Assembly (NCBI GenBank): GCA_964560025.1
Contig: CAZLKC010000002.1
Span: 11,602 to 75,601, forward strand
Origin: an uncultured Dehalococcoidia bacterium
GTDB taxonomy: Bacteria; Chloroflexota; Dehalococcoidia; Lucifugimonadales; Australimonadaceae
Direction: 5' to 3'
DNA: 64,000 nucleotides
Numbering within the stretch: position 1 is the first letter of the stretch; every line of letters begins with the position of its first letter. Shown in pieces: positions 7,740 to 16,918 of this stretch. The notes beneath the pieces were generated by a model. It searched no databases, was not told the origin of the DNA, and worked only from the letters and a program-made list of their open reading frames with translations. A program made the translations under genes and the position numbers.

Positions 7740-10700
7740 ATGTTCCATCCGGCGGTGGAGGCGTGGTTCGCGCGGCGCTTTGGGCAGCCGACGGAGGCGC
7801 AGGCGGCGGGCTGGCCCGCCATCGCCCAGGGCCGCCACACGCTGATCGCCGCGCCCACCGGGTCGGGCAAGACGCTGGCGGCGTTCCTGAACGCCGTGGA
7901 CGGGCTGGCGCGGCAGGCGGCGACGGGCGAATTGCCGGACGGCGCGCAGGTGGTCTACGTGTCGCCGCTCAAAGCGCTGGCCAACGACGTGCGCCACAAC
8001 CTGTTGGAGCCGTTGGAGGAGATAGCGGAGACGGCGCGCGAGATGGGCCTGCCCTTCGCAGAGATACGGGCGGCGGTGCGGACCGGCGACACGCCGCCTA
8101 GGGAGCGTGCGCTGAACGCCAAGCGCCCGCCGCACATCCTCATCACCACGCCCGAATCGCTCTTCATCCTGCTCACCTCCGAATCGGGACGGCGCGGGCT
8201 GACGGGCGTGCGCACGCTGATCCTCGACGAACTGCACGCCGTCGCGCCGAACAAGCGGGGCGCGCACCTGTCCATCAGCGTCGAGCGCCTCTGCCGCAAC
8301 TCCAAGCACCCCATCACCCGCGTGGGCCTCTCCGCCACGCAGCGCCCCATCGAGGAGATGGCGCGCTTCCTGACGGGCGCCGGAGACGCGGACAGCGGCG
8401 CGCCCGATTGCGCCATCGTGGACGTGGGACACCGGCGCTCGATGGACCTGGCCATCGAACTGCCGGACGACGAACTGGGGCCGATAGCGACGCACGAGCA
8501 GTGGGCGCAGGCGCTCGACGCCATCGCCAAGCTGGTGGAGCAGCACCGGTCGACCTTGGTGTTCGTGAACACGCGGCGGCTGGTGGAGCGCGTCGCGCAC
8601 CTGCTGACGGAGCGTCTGGGCGAGGAGCGAGTGGCGGCGCATCACGGATCGCTGTCGCGGGAGCGACACCTAGAGTCGGAGCGGCGATTGCGCGAGGGCG
8701 AGGCGTCGGTGTGCGTGGCCACGGCGTCGTTGGAACTGGGCATCGACATCGGCGAGGTTGACCTGGCGTGCCTCATCGGGTCGCCGCGCAACATCGGCAC
8801 GGCGCTCCAGCGCGTCGGACGCTCAGGCCACTTCCTCGGCGGCACGCCCAAGGGACGATTCTTCCCGCTGACGCGCGACGAACTGGTGGAGACGACGGCG
8901 CTGATTCGAGCGATGAAGGCGGGCAAGCTGGACGCGCTGACGATTCCGCCATGGCCGCTGGACGTGCTGGCGCAGCAGATCGTGGCGGCCACCGTCGGCG
9001 AGGAGTGGTGGGACGAGCGCGATCTGTACGAGTTCGTGCGGCGCGCCCATCCCTACCGCGAGTTGCCTTACGAACACTACCAACAGGTGCTGGAGGTCTT
9101 GGTGGAGGGCGTCGCCGGGCGCTGGGGGCGCAACGGGGCGTACCTGTACCGCGACGGGGTGAACGCGCGCGTGAAGGCGCGGCGCGGCGGGCGCATCGCC
9201 GCCGTAACCAGCGGCGGCGCCATCCCCGACACGGGCGACTATCTGGTGATGGCGGAACCGGAGGGCGTGTACGTCGGCTCCGTCAACGAGGACTTCGCCA
9301 TCGAGTCGGTGGCCGGGGACATCTTCCTGCTGGGCAATGCGCCGTGGCAGATACGGCGCGTCGAGGCGGGCGTGATGCGCGTGGCCGAGGCGCACGGCAA
9401 GGCGCCCACCATCCCCTTCTGGCTCGGCGAGGCGCCCGGGCGCACGCCCGAGCTGTCGGAGGAAGTGTCGGAGGTGCGGCGCGAGGTGGACGCGCGCCTC
9501 CACGCCCCGGAGCGAGCCGCCGCATGGCTGATGGAGCAGGGAGCGTCGCGCGAAGCGGCGGAGCAGGTCGTTGCCTACGTGGAGGAGGGCAAGCGAGTGC
9601 TGGGCCTTACGCCCACGCGGGAGCGCGTCATCGCCGAGCGCTTCTTCGACGAGGCGGGCGGGATGCAGTTAGTGATTCACTCGCCCTGGGGCAGCCGCGT
9701 CAACCGCGCGTGGGGCTTGGCGCTGCGCAAGCGGCTGTGCCGCACGTTCGACTTCGAGCTCCAGGCCGCCGCCACCGACGATGGGATCAACATCTCGCTC
9801 GGCCCGCAGCACTCCTTCCCCGCCGAAGAGGTGTTCAACTACGTGAAGGCGCAGACGGCGGAGCGCTTGCTGACGCAGGCGGTGTTCCAATCGCCCCTGT
9901 TCGGGACGCGCTGGCGCTGGACAGCCTCCCGTGCGTTGGCCTTGCTGCGCCAGGTGGGCGGCAAGCGCATACCCACGCCCATCCAGCGCATGCGCTCCGA
10001 CGACCTGCTGGCGGCGGTGTTCCCCGCCCAGGCCGCCTGCCAGGACAACCGCCTCGCCGGGGAGGACATCGAGCCGCCCGACCATCCGCTGGTGTTCGAG
10101 ACGCTGCGCGACTGTTTGACGGAGGCGCTCGACCTGGCAGGCCTGCAAGAGGCGTTGCGCGACATCGAGACCGGGCGCGTCGAGGTCTACGGCAAGGACA
10201 CCGTGCAGCCGTCGGCGTTCTCGCACCAGATTCTCAACGCTATGCCCTACGCCTTCCTCGACGACGCGCCGTTGGAGGAGCGCCGCGCCCGCGCCGTAAC
10301 GCTGCGCCGCGCCCTGCCCGAGGACGCTCGAGACCTGGGCGCGCTCGACCAGGAGGCTGTCGCCGCCGAATCGGCCGCCGCGTGGCCCGCGCCCCGCGAC
10401 GTGGACGATCTCCACGACGCGCTTCTCACTCTTGCTCTCCTGTCTGAGGACGACGTCAACGAACGCGCCGACGACCCTGCTCAATGGCGCGAGTGGCTCA
10501 ACGAGCTGGAGCGTGCCGGATGCGCTATGCGCCTGCATGCGGAGGGCAAGGAGTTTTGGCTTGCGACGGAGCGCTCGGCGCTCGTGGCCGCCGCCTACCC
10601 GGACGGCGAACTGTCGGGCGCGGTGTGGGGCAACGGCTCGCCGCGCGAGCAGGACGCGGCGATTGCCGACGTCGTGCGGGGCCGCGTGGAGTGCACGGGG

Positions 10701-12017
10701 CCGTTCACCACCGCTGAGTTAGCCGACCGCATGGCGCTCGGCGAGCACGCGGCGCGTGCGGCGGCGGCGCGCTTGGAGAGCGAGGGCCTTGCGCTGCGCG
10801 GGCGCTACCGCCAAGGCGCCATCGACGCGGGCGTGGACGAGTACTGCGACCGGCGCATCCTCGCCCGCATCCACCGCGCCACTATCGGACGCCTCCGCAG
10901 CGAGGTCGAGCCTGTCCCCGCCGCGTCCTACATCCGCTTCCTGCTGGAGTGGCAGCACGCCGCGCCGAGCAGCCGCTTGAGCGGCGAGGCGGGGCTGATG
11001 GAGGTTGTGGAGCAACTCCAGGGGTTCGAGGCGGCGGCGCAGGCATGGGAGAGCGCCATCCTGCCCGTACGCGTCAGGGGCTACACGCCCTCGATGCTCG
11101 ACCAGTTCTTCTTCAGCGGCGAGGCGACGTGGGGGCGGTTCGCTCGCCGCGCCGCCGCGCCCACCGGCGGCATCTCGCGCAACAGCCCCGTCTCCCTGGC
11201 GCTGCGCCAGGACACGGCGTGGCTGCTGGACGCGCTGCCGGAAGAAGCGCCGCAGCCCGGCGCCGCCGCCGAGGTGTACGACTACCTCCAGCGGCGCGGC
11301 GCCTCCTTCCTGCCCGACATCGTGGCGGAGGTGCGCCGCCTGCCCAGCGACGTTGAGGACGCGTTGTGGCAGCTGGTGGCCGCGGGGCGCGTAACCGCCG
11401 ATGGGTTCGGGGCGCTGCGCGGCCTCATATCGGGCGCCGCGCGCCGCGCCGCCGCGCCATCCAGGCGCTCGCGCTTCGCCAAGCGCCCGCGCGTGCGCTC
11501 CCACCAGAGCCGCTGGACGCTCCTCCACGCCGATGGTCAGCCGCTCCCGCTCGCTCTGGGCAACGGCCTGGGCAAGAACGGTGGAGCGGGGCGCACGATA
11601 GAGGAGGAAGCGGTGGACGCGCGTGCGGCGCAACTCCTGCGTCGCTACGGCGTGGTATGCCGCGAGGCGCTCGCGCGGGAGCAGATGGCGCCGCCGTGGC
11701 GGATGCTGCTGCGCTCCTTCCGCCGCGCCGAGGCGCGCGGGGAGATACGCGGCGGGCGCTTCGTCGCAGGGTTCGTCGGTGAGCAGTTCGCGCTGCCCGA
11801 CGCGGTGGAGGCGCTGCGGACGGTGCACAAGCGCCCGCCGGAAGGCGAGGTCGTGCGCCTGTCGGCGGCGGATCCGCTGAACCTGGTGGGCATCCTCACG
11901 CCAGGCGCCCGCGTGCCCGCCGCCTCAGGCAACGAGGTCGTCTACCGCGATGGCGCCCCGATGGAGTCGGCGGCCCCAACGGAGGCGGCCCCGGCGGAGG
12001 TGGGCGCGGAGGCGTAG
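7740..12017 (+). CDS. lhr: Lhr-family ATP-dependent DNA helicase (DEAH box, large C-terminal extension)
   Basis: About 1425 aa. AAPTGSGKTLAAF (Walker A), ILDELH (DExH), SLELGIDIG, GRSGH. Track ORF starts at 7728, but ATG 7740 has GGAGG 5 nt upstream. Confidence 0.9.
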   Translation: MFHPAVEAWFARRFGQPTEAQAAGWPAIAQGRHTLIAAPTGSGKTLAAFLNAVDGLARQAATGELPDGAQVVYVSPLKALANDVRHNLLEPLEEIAETAREMGLPFAEIRAAVRTGDTPPRERALNAKRPPHILITTPESLFILLTSESGRRGLTGVRTLILDELHAVAPNKRGAHLSISVERLCRNSKHPITRVGLSATQRPIEEMARFLTGAGDADSGAPDCAIVDVGHRRSMDLAIELPDDELGPIATHEQWAQALDAIAKLVEQHRSTLVFVNTRRLVERVAHLLTERLGEERVAAHHGSLSRERHLESERRLREGEASVCVATASLELGIDIGEVDLACLIGSPRNIGTALQRVGRSGHFLGGTPKGRFFPLTRDELVETTALIRAMKAGKLDALTIPPWPLDVLAQQIVAATVGEEWWDERDLYEFVRRAHPYRELPYEHYQQVLEVLVEGVAGRWGRNGAYLYRDGVNARVKARRGGRIAAVTSGGAIPDTGDYLVMAEPEGVYVGSVNEDFAIESVAGDIFLLGNAPWQIRRVEAGVMRVAEAHGKAPTIPFWLGEAPGRTPELSEEVSEVRREVDARLHAPERAAAWLMEQGASREAAEQVVAYVEEGKRVLGLTPTRERVIAERFFDEAGGMQLVIHSPWGSRVNRAWGLALRKRLCRTFDFELQAAATDDGINISLGPQHSFPAEEVFNYVKAQTAERLLTQAVFQSPLFGTRWRWTASRALALLRQVGGKRIPTPIQRMRSDDLLAAVFPAQAACQDNRLAGEDIEPPDHPLVFETLRDCLTEALDLAGLQEALRDIETGRVEVYGKDTVQPSAFSHQILNAMPYAFLDDAPLEERRARAVTLRRALPEDARDLGALDQEAVAAESAAAWPAPRDVDDLHDALLTLALLSEDDVNERADDPAQWREWLNELERAGCAMRLHAEGKEFWLATERSALVAAAYPDGELSGAVWGNGSPREQDAAIADVVRGRVECTGPFTTAELADRMALGEHAARAAAARLESEGLALRGRYRQGAIDAGVDEYCDRRILARIHRATIGRLRSEVEPVPAASYIRFLLEWQHAAPSSRLSGEAGLMEVVEQLQGFEAAAQAWESAILPVRVRGYTPSMLDQFFFSGEATWGRFARRAAAPTGGISRNSPVSLALRQDTAWLLDALPEEAPQPGAAAEVYDYLQRRGASFLPDIVAEVRRLPSDVEDALWQLVAAGRVTADGFGALRGLISGAARRAAAPSRRSRFAKRPRVRSHQSRWTLLHADGQPLPLALGNGLGKNGGAGRTIEEEAVDARAAQLLRRYGVVCREALAREQMAPPWRMLLRSFRRAEARGEIRGGRFVAGFVGEQFALPDAVEALRTVHKRPPEGEVVRLSAADPLNLVGILTPGARVPAASGNEVVYRDGAPMESAAPTEAAPAEVGAEA

Positions 12018-12026
12018 GGCGCAGGG

Positions 12027-12749
12027 ATGATACGAGCGGTCTTCTTCGACTTCTACGGCACGCTCGCGGGATGGCGGTCGGGCGGCGAGCGCATCCAGGC
12101 GCAGGCCGCGCGCGCCGAGGGTCTACGCGTGGACGAGGGGCTGCTCGGCGCAGGCTACCGCGCGGCGGATGCCTACCTAGCGGAGGAGAACGCCGTCCGC
12201 CCCGTGTCGCGCCGCACGGCGGCGGAGCGCGACGCAGTGTTTGCGGAGTACGAGCGTCGCTTGCTGGCGGAGGCGGGGGCGCAGGTGGACGCGGCGATGG
12301 CTATGCGGGTGTGGCGGCGGGTGGACGCCATGCCGAAGCAGCTCGCCGCCTACGACGACGCGCTGCCGACGCTGACGGCGCTGCGCGCCCTGGGCGTGAC
12401 CACGGGCGTCATCTCCAATATGGGTGGTGGGCTGGACGCGCACCTAGAGGAGGTGGGGCTGCAGGCGGCGGTGGACGCGGCGGTCTCCAGTGGCGAAGTT
12501 GGCGTCGGCAAGCCGCACGCGCTCATCTTCCGCACTGCCCTAACGCGGGCGGGAGTCGCCGCGGCAGAGGCGCTCCACGTCGGCGACAGCTACAGCGGCG
12601 ATGTGCTGGGGGCGCAAGGCGCGGGTATGGAGGCGGTGTTCCTCGACCGCGACGGCGCGGAGTACGCGCCCGTCGGCTGCGAGGTGATTCAAACGCTGCG
12701 CGCGGTCGTGCCGTTGGTGGAGGCGCGCGGCCTGCCCGGCTCTAGATGA
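12027..12749 (+). CDS. HAD-superfamily hydrolase (subfamily IA-like)
   Basis: 240 aa. Motif I FFDFYGTL, motif II ISN, C-terminal HVGDSYSGDVLGA. Confidence 0.8.
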   Translation: MIRAVFFDFYGTLAGWRSGGERIQAQAARAEGLRVDEGLLGAGYRAADAYLAEENAVRPVSRRTAAERDAVFAEYERRLLAEAGAQVDAAMAMRVWRRVDAMPKQLAAYDDALPTLTALRALGVTTGVISNMGGGLDAHLEEVGLQAAVDAAVSSGEVGVGKPHALIFRTALTRAGVAAAEALHVGDSYSGDVLGAQGAGMEAVFLDRDGAEYAPVGCEVIQTLRAVVPLVEARGLPGSR

Positions 12750-12790
12750 GGGCGGTCGGCGCTGGCGTGTGGTAAGGTAGGCGGTGCCGA

Positions 12791-13120
12791 TTGCAACGAC
12801 GAGGCGGCGCGCCGTTCGATGCGCACGCCGGACAGGACGATGGAACGTTGGCCTACCAGGTGCATTTCGCCAGCCTAGCCGAAGAGAATCAGTCGCTCAC
12901 CCTCGCCCTCCTGCGTATGAAGGAGGACTCGGGAACGCTGGCGGCTGACGAGGCGGCGCTGCTGCTGCAGATACGCGGCCCGGCGCCCCCCGGCGGCTAC
13001 CGCTACGAGGAGCCGGAGCAGGAGTGGGGAGGAGAGCAGCAGCACCAGCAGCGCCGCCGCCCGCCGCGCCGCCGCCCAGGGCCGCGCGGGCCTATGCGCT
13101 CCGGCTTCAGCGACAACTAG
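12791..13120 (+). CDS. Hypothetical protein (weak call, TTG start, low-complexity Arg/Pro/Gln tail)
   Basis: High GC3 codon pattern only. No recognisable domain and no clear RBS. Confidence 0.25.
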   Translation: MQRRGGAPFDAHAGQDDGTLAYQVHFASLAEENQSLTLALLRMKEDSGTLAADEAALLLQIRGPAPPGGYRYEEPEQEWGGEQQHQQRRRPPRRRPGPRGPMRSGFSDN

Positions 13121-13137
13121 CGGCGGCGTAAGCGGTT

Positions 13138-14526
13138 ATGTCGGCGGGCGGGAGCGTCGCCGCGCCTCGGCGCATCGCCGTCGTTGGGGCGGGCATATCG
13201 GGGCTGGGCGCCGCGTGGGCGCTGCATCGCTGCCCAGACAGATTCGATGTCCGCGTGTTCGAAGCGCAGGGGCGCATCGGGGGCAACGCGGTTACGGTGG
13301 ATATGCCGCAGGACGACGGCGGCGCCGTCCCCTTCGACATCTCGGTGACTGCGTGCATCCCCTCGGTGTATCACCACATTTTGCTGCTGATGAAGCGGTT
13401 CGGCATCGAACTGGTCAAGACCAGGTTCAGTTACAGCGTGAAGTACGGCGGCCAGATCTACGCGCACGACTTCGACTCTGAGATCAAAGCGGAATTGCAG
13501 CACGAGATTGCGAAGTTCCAGCGCCTGCTGCGGCGTTTGCACCGCTTCGGCTGGCTGACCCGCTCGCGGTCGAGATTCTTGAACGCGCTCAATCCGTTCA
13601 ACTACGTAAGCATGGGAACGGTCTTGAATCTCGGCGGCTTTTCTGGGGAGTTCAGATACAAAGTGCTAAAACCGATGTTCGTCAACCTCCTGATGGCGAC
13701 GAACGTGTTCGATATGCCCGCGTCGCTCTTTGCGCGCTACCTCGAGTTCTTCGACATAGAGAAGGCCACGCCCATGCGGACGTGGGATCAAGGCACGCGG
13801 CGCTTCTATGAGCATCTGACCGCCGACTTCCGCGACAAGATATACCTCAACAGACCCATCCGAAAAGTCTACCGGCGCACGAACAGCGTGATAGTCGAGG
13901 ACGCGGACGGCGTTCGGGAGACATTCGACGAGGCGATACTCGCCTGCAACGCGAACCAGACGCTGATGATGCTCGACAAGCCCACGCTGCTGGAGCGCTG
14001 GATACTCTCGTCGGTGCGCTACGAGAGCGAACTGCACAACCACACGGTGGTGCATTCGGACGCATCGGTTCTCCCGGACAACGAAGTGAAGCCGCTGACG
14101 ACGCGGAGCAACCATATCGAGCAGTACGGCTCCAGGCCGGACAACTATGAGATAACCTACATCATGCACAACCAACAGCCGTGGGCGAACCGTTCGGACA
14201 AGCCTTGCCTGGTCACCTACAATCCCGTCAGCAAAATCGACGAGCGTAAGATCGTGGCGACGCACTGGTTCCAGCACGTCGTGCATGACGTGCGCCACGT
14301 CACCTTGCTCGTGCCTCTGTTCCGCTACATCCAGGGCAAGAAGCGAACGTGGCACTGCGGTGCGCACACGCTGGTCAACAGTCAGGAGACCTGCTTCGTG
14401 AGCGGGCTCGCCGCCGCGACGCAGCTAGGAGCCGACTACCCCTTCGACGACCCCGAGGCGAGGCGAGTGTTCAACTACTACGGGAGCGTGATGTACGGCT
14501 GGGGGTTCAGGAAGGCGACGGGCTGA
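13138..14526 (+). CDS. NAD(P)/FAD-dependent oxidoreductase (amine-oxidase-like fold)
   Basis: 462 aa. Dinucleotide-binding RRIAVVGAGISGLGAAWAL ... VFEAQGRIGGN; body of the gene is visibly lower GC than its flanks. Confidence 0.8.
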   Translation: MSAGGSVAAPRRIAVVGAGISGLGAAWALHRCPDRFDVRVFEAQGRIGGNAVTVDMPQDDGGAVPFDISVTACIPSVYHHILLLMKRFGIELVKTRFSYSVKYGGQIYAHDFDSEIKAELQHEIAKFQRLLRRLHRFGWLTRSRSRFLNALNPFNYVSMGTVLNLGGFSGEFRYKVLKPMFVNLLMATNVFDMPASLFARYLEFFDIEKATPMRTWDQGTRRFYEHLTADFRDKIYLNRPIRKVYRRTNSVIVEDADGVRETFDEAILACNANQTLMMLDKPTLLERWILSSVRYESELHNHTVVHSDASVLPDNEVKPLTTRSNHIEQYGSRPDNYEITYIMHNQQPWANRSDKPCLVTYNPVSKIDERKIVATHWFQHVVHDVRHVTLLVPLFRYIQGKKRTWHCGAHTLVNSQETCFVSGLAAATQLGADYPFDDPEARRVFNYYGSVMYGWGFRKATG

Positions 14527-14541
14527 CCTTCCGGCCGCGCG

Positions 14542-15642
14542 CTACGCCGCGGCGGAGGCGGGGATGACGACGGCGTTGTCGGGGTAGATGGTGAGGAACA
14601 CCTTGTCGTCGAGGTCGAACTGCTCCGTCGTCGGGGGCGTGCGCACGCGGAGGGTGTGGTCTCCCAGCGCCACCAGGTACTCCATCGAGCTGCCCAGGAA
14701 AGCGCCTGTTTGCACCACGGCCTCCAGCGCGCCGTCGCTGGCCGTGCGCGACATCGTCATGCCCTCGGGCCGGATGGCGATGATGACCTGCTGCCCCTCG
14801 GCGTAGGCGATGCCCGGCGACGTGCCGCCGATGTCGCCGAAGCCGGCGTCCACGGTTACGCGCTCGCCGTCCACCGAGCGCACGGTCGCGTCGATGACGT
14901 TGCCAGCGCCCATAAAGTCGGCCACGTGCTGGTCGCGCGGCGCTTGGTAGACGTCCCGCGGCGAGCCGATCTGCGCGATGACGCCCGTGTTCATCACGAC
15001 GATGCGGTCGGACAGCACCAGCGCCTCCAGCAGGTCGTGAGTAACGTAGAGTGCCGATAGGTGCTGACGCTGGAAGAGTTCCTTGAACTCGAGGCGCATC
15101 TCCTCGCGCAGCTTGGCGTCGAGGTTGGAGAGGGGCTCGTCGAACAGCAGCAACTTGGGTTCGCGCACGAGGGCGCGCGCGACGGCGACGCGCTGCTGCT
15201 GGCCGCCGGAGAGCATGGTGGCCGAGCGGCTGGCCAACTCGGGGATGCGCACCATCTCCAGCGCCGCGTGGACGCGCTCGGTGATCTCCGCCTTGGAGAA
15301 CTTCTCTTTCCCCACGCGCAGTGGGTAGGCGACGTTCTCGAAGACGGACATGTGGGGCCAGATGGCGTAGGACTGGAAGACCATGGCGATGGGGCGGTTG
15401 TGGGTGGAGACGTTTGTGCCCGAGCCGGTGGCGAAGACGGGCGCCTCGTCGATGAAGATGTCGCCGCCGTCGGGGCGCTCCAGCCCGGCGACGCAGCGCA
15501 ACATAGTCGTCTTGCCGCAGCCGCTGGGGCCGAGCAGAGTGACCACCTCGCCGTCGCCGACCTCGAAGGAGACGCCCTTGACGGCCTGCACGTCGCCGTA
15601 GTCCGTGTGGTATATCTTGACGAGGCCGTCGACCTTAAGCAT
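14542..15642 (-). CDS. ABC importer ATP-binding protein (FbpC/PotA-like)
   Basis: 366 aa. GPSGCGKTT (Walker A), LSGGQQQRVAVARAL (signature), LLLFDEPLSNLD (Walker B), C-terminal TOBE-like domain. Confidence 0.9.
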   Translation of the reverse strand: MLKVDGLVKIYHTDYGDVQAVKGVSFEVGDGEVVTLLGPSGCGKTTMLRCVAGLERPDGGDIFIDEAPVFATGSGTNVSTHNRPIAMVFQSYAIWPHMSVFENVAYPLRVGKEKFSKAEITERVHAALEMVRIPELASRSATMLSGGQQQRVAVARALVREPKLLLFDEPLSNLDAKLREEMRLEFKELFQRQHLSALYVTHDLLEALVLSDRIVVMNTGVIAQIGSPRDVYQAPRDQHVADFMGAGNVIDATVRSVDGERVTVDAGFGDIGGTSPGIAYAEGQQVIIAIRPEGMTMSRTASDGALEAVVQTGAFLGSSMEYLVALGDHTLRVRTPPTTEQFDLDDKVFLTIYPDNAVVIPASAAA

Positions 15643-15664
15643 CGTCCCTCCCCCGTGCGCCGTA

Positions 15665-15690
15665 GTTCCGCGCCGCTAGCGGCGCGGAAC
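15665..15690. repeat. Perfect 26-bp palindrome gttccgcgccgctagcggcgcggaac
   Basis: Self-complementary over its full length. Lies 23 nt upstream of the ABC ATPase start and about 130 nt downstream of the nuclease-like ORF. Confidence 0.6.
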
Positions 15691-15823
15691 CTTACATACC
15701 ACCGACAGGCCCGTGCGTCAAGGCGAGAGGGCCAGGCGCTCGCACGCTCAGCAGTACGCCCCCTTCCGCAAGCCCGACGCAGCGGGATGGTGCGATTTGG
15801 CTGGGGCTGGAATCAGGTTGGCG

Positions 15824-16909
15824 TTAGCCGCTAACTACCGAATTGACGTTCTCATTCCACGCCGTTTTTACTGCGGCAGGCGTATCCGAACTTTCTAGTA
15901 GGCCAATCATGTGCTTTAGGAAGAGTGACCGACCTTTGCCGCCAAGCGTCGCTAGAACTGCATGCATCCATTCAGCAATTAAGACAAAATTGACCTCATG
16001 ACCTTGCGCGAAGTATTGCTGCGTATGCCGCAATGCTTCCTTTGACGGATTACTGTTGACGAAGAATAGATACTCCTCAATGCCCTGCGGCCCGATCTTC
16101 GTATTGAATGTTGAGACAACGCGATTCGCCCCTACCGTACGCTCAGTGACCTCTGCGGTCAACAGCAAAGCCTCGCCTTCAAGCACCTCGATATCTCCGC
16201 CTGCGCCCGATGCGGCGTCGGACACGTTTATGCCTTCCCACTTGATTACCCAGTCGAGGTTATGGCATTTCTTGATAACATGCAGAATGGATACTACTAT
16301 ATAGACGGAGAGCCGTCCGCCGCTGGCGACCCGCAGGAGACCGGAGACGAGATTGTATGTCTGATCTAGGCTCATTCTTTGGATTCGAGTAACAGGAACA
16401 TTTGCAGCCTCTCGTAATAGAACGAAACGATACGCCACGTAGTTGAGCAGCAACGCCAACGCTGCTTCGTTGGCAGTACGCTCTATGTGCGCAATGATAA
16501 TCAGAAATGCATCATAGGCCGACTTGTCGCGAATTCCCTCTCGCGTACTGGCGTTGAACTCCACCGAGCGGCGAAAGACACTGAGGAACGGCCCATTCGA
16601 CGCGGGGATACGCTTCTCTTGCAGCAATGGGTTGACTACGCGCTCGTCCAAAGTCCGGCCATTGTACGCGGCGGCGCCTTGCGACACATAAGGCATCCTG
16701 ACATTGATAGCGCCGTCTAGCATCCGAACCAGCAGACAACCGAGCAACACTTCGCGGAATGCTTGGGTTTTCGATTCGAACAAAACCTCTATCGAATCGA
16801 GCAAATGTTCGGATAGTGCTTCCACCTCCGCGCCGGTCAACACCGTTCTTTCGGCGCTCTCGATTGCGCGCACCAAGAGAACGCGCGCTTGTTCGTAGTC
16901 TACCGGCAT
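15824..16909 (-). CDS. Putative type II restriction endonuclease (family not recognised), cognate to the upstream Dam-like MTase
   Basis: 361 aa, clearly lower GC. Starts 9 nt after the MTase stop on the same strand. GGDIEV...LLLTAEVTER is compatible with a PD-(D/E)xK-like core. The call rests mainly on context. Confidence 0.45.
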   Translation of the reverse strand: MPVDYEQARVLLVRAIESAERTVLTGAEVEALSEHLLDSIEVLFESKTQAFREVLLGCLLVRMLDGAINVRMPYVSQGAAAYNGRTLDERVVNPLLQEKRIPASNGPFLSVFRRSVEFNASTREGIRDKSAYDAFLIIIAHIERTANEAALALLLNYVAYRFVLLREAANVPVTRIQRMSLDQTYNLVSGLLRVASGGRLSVYIVVSILHVIKKCHNLDWVIKWEGINVSDAASGAGGDIEVLEGEALLLTAEVTERTVGANRVVSTFNTKIGPQGIEEYLFFVNSNPSKEALRHTQQYFAQGHEVNFVLIAEWMHAVLATLGGKGRSLFLKHMIGLLESSDTPAAVKTAWNENVNSVVSG

Positions 16910-16918
16910 CGCAGCGCC

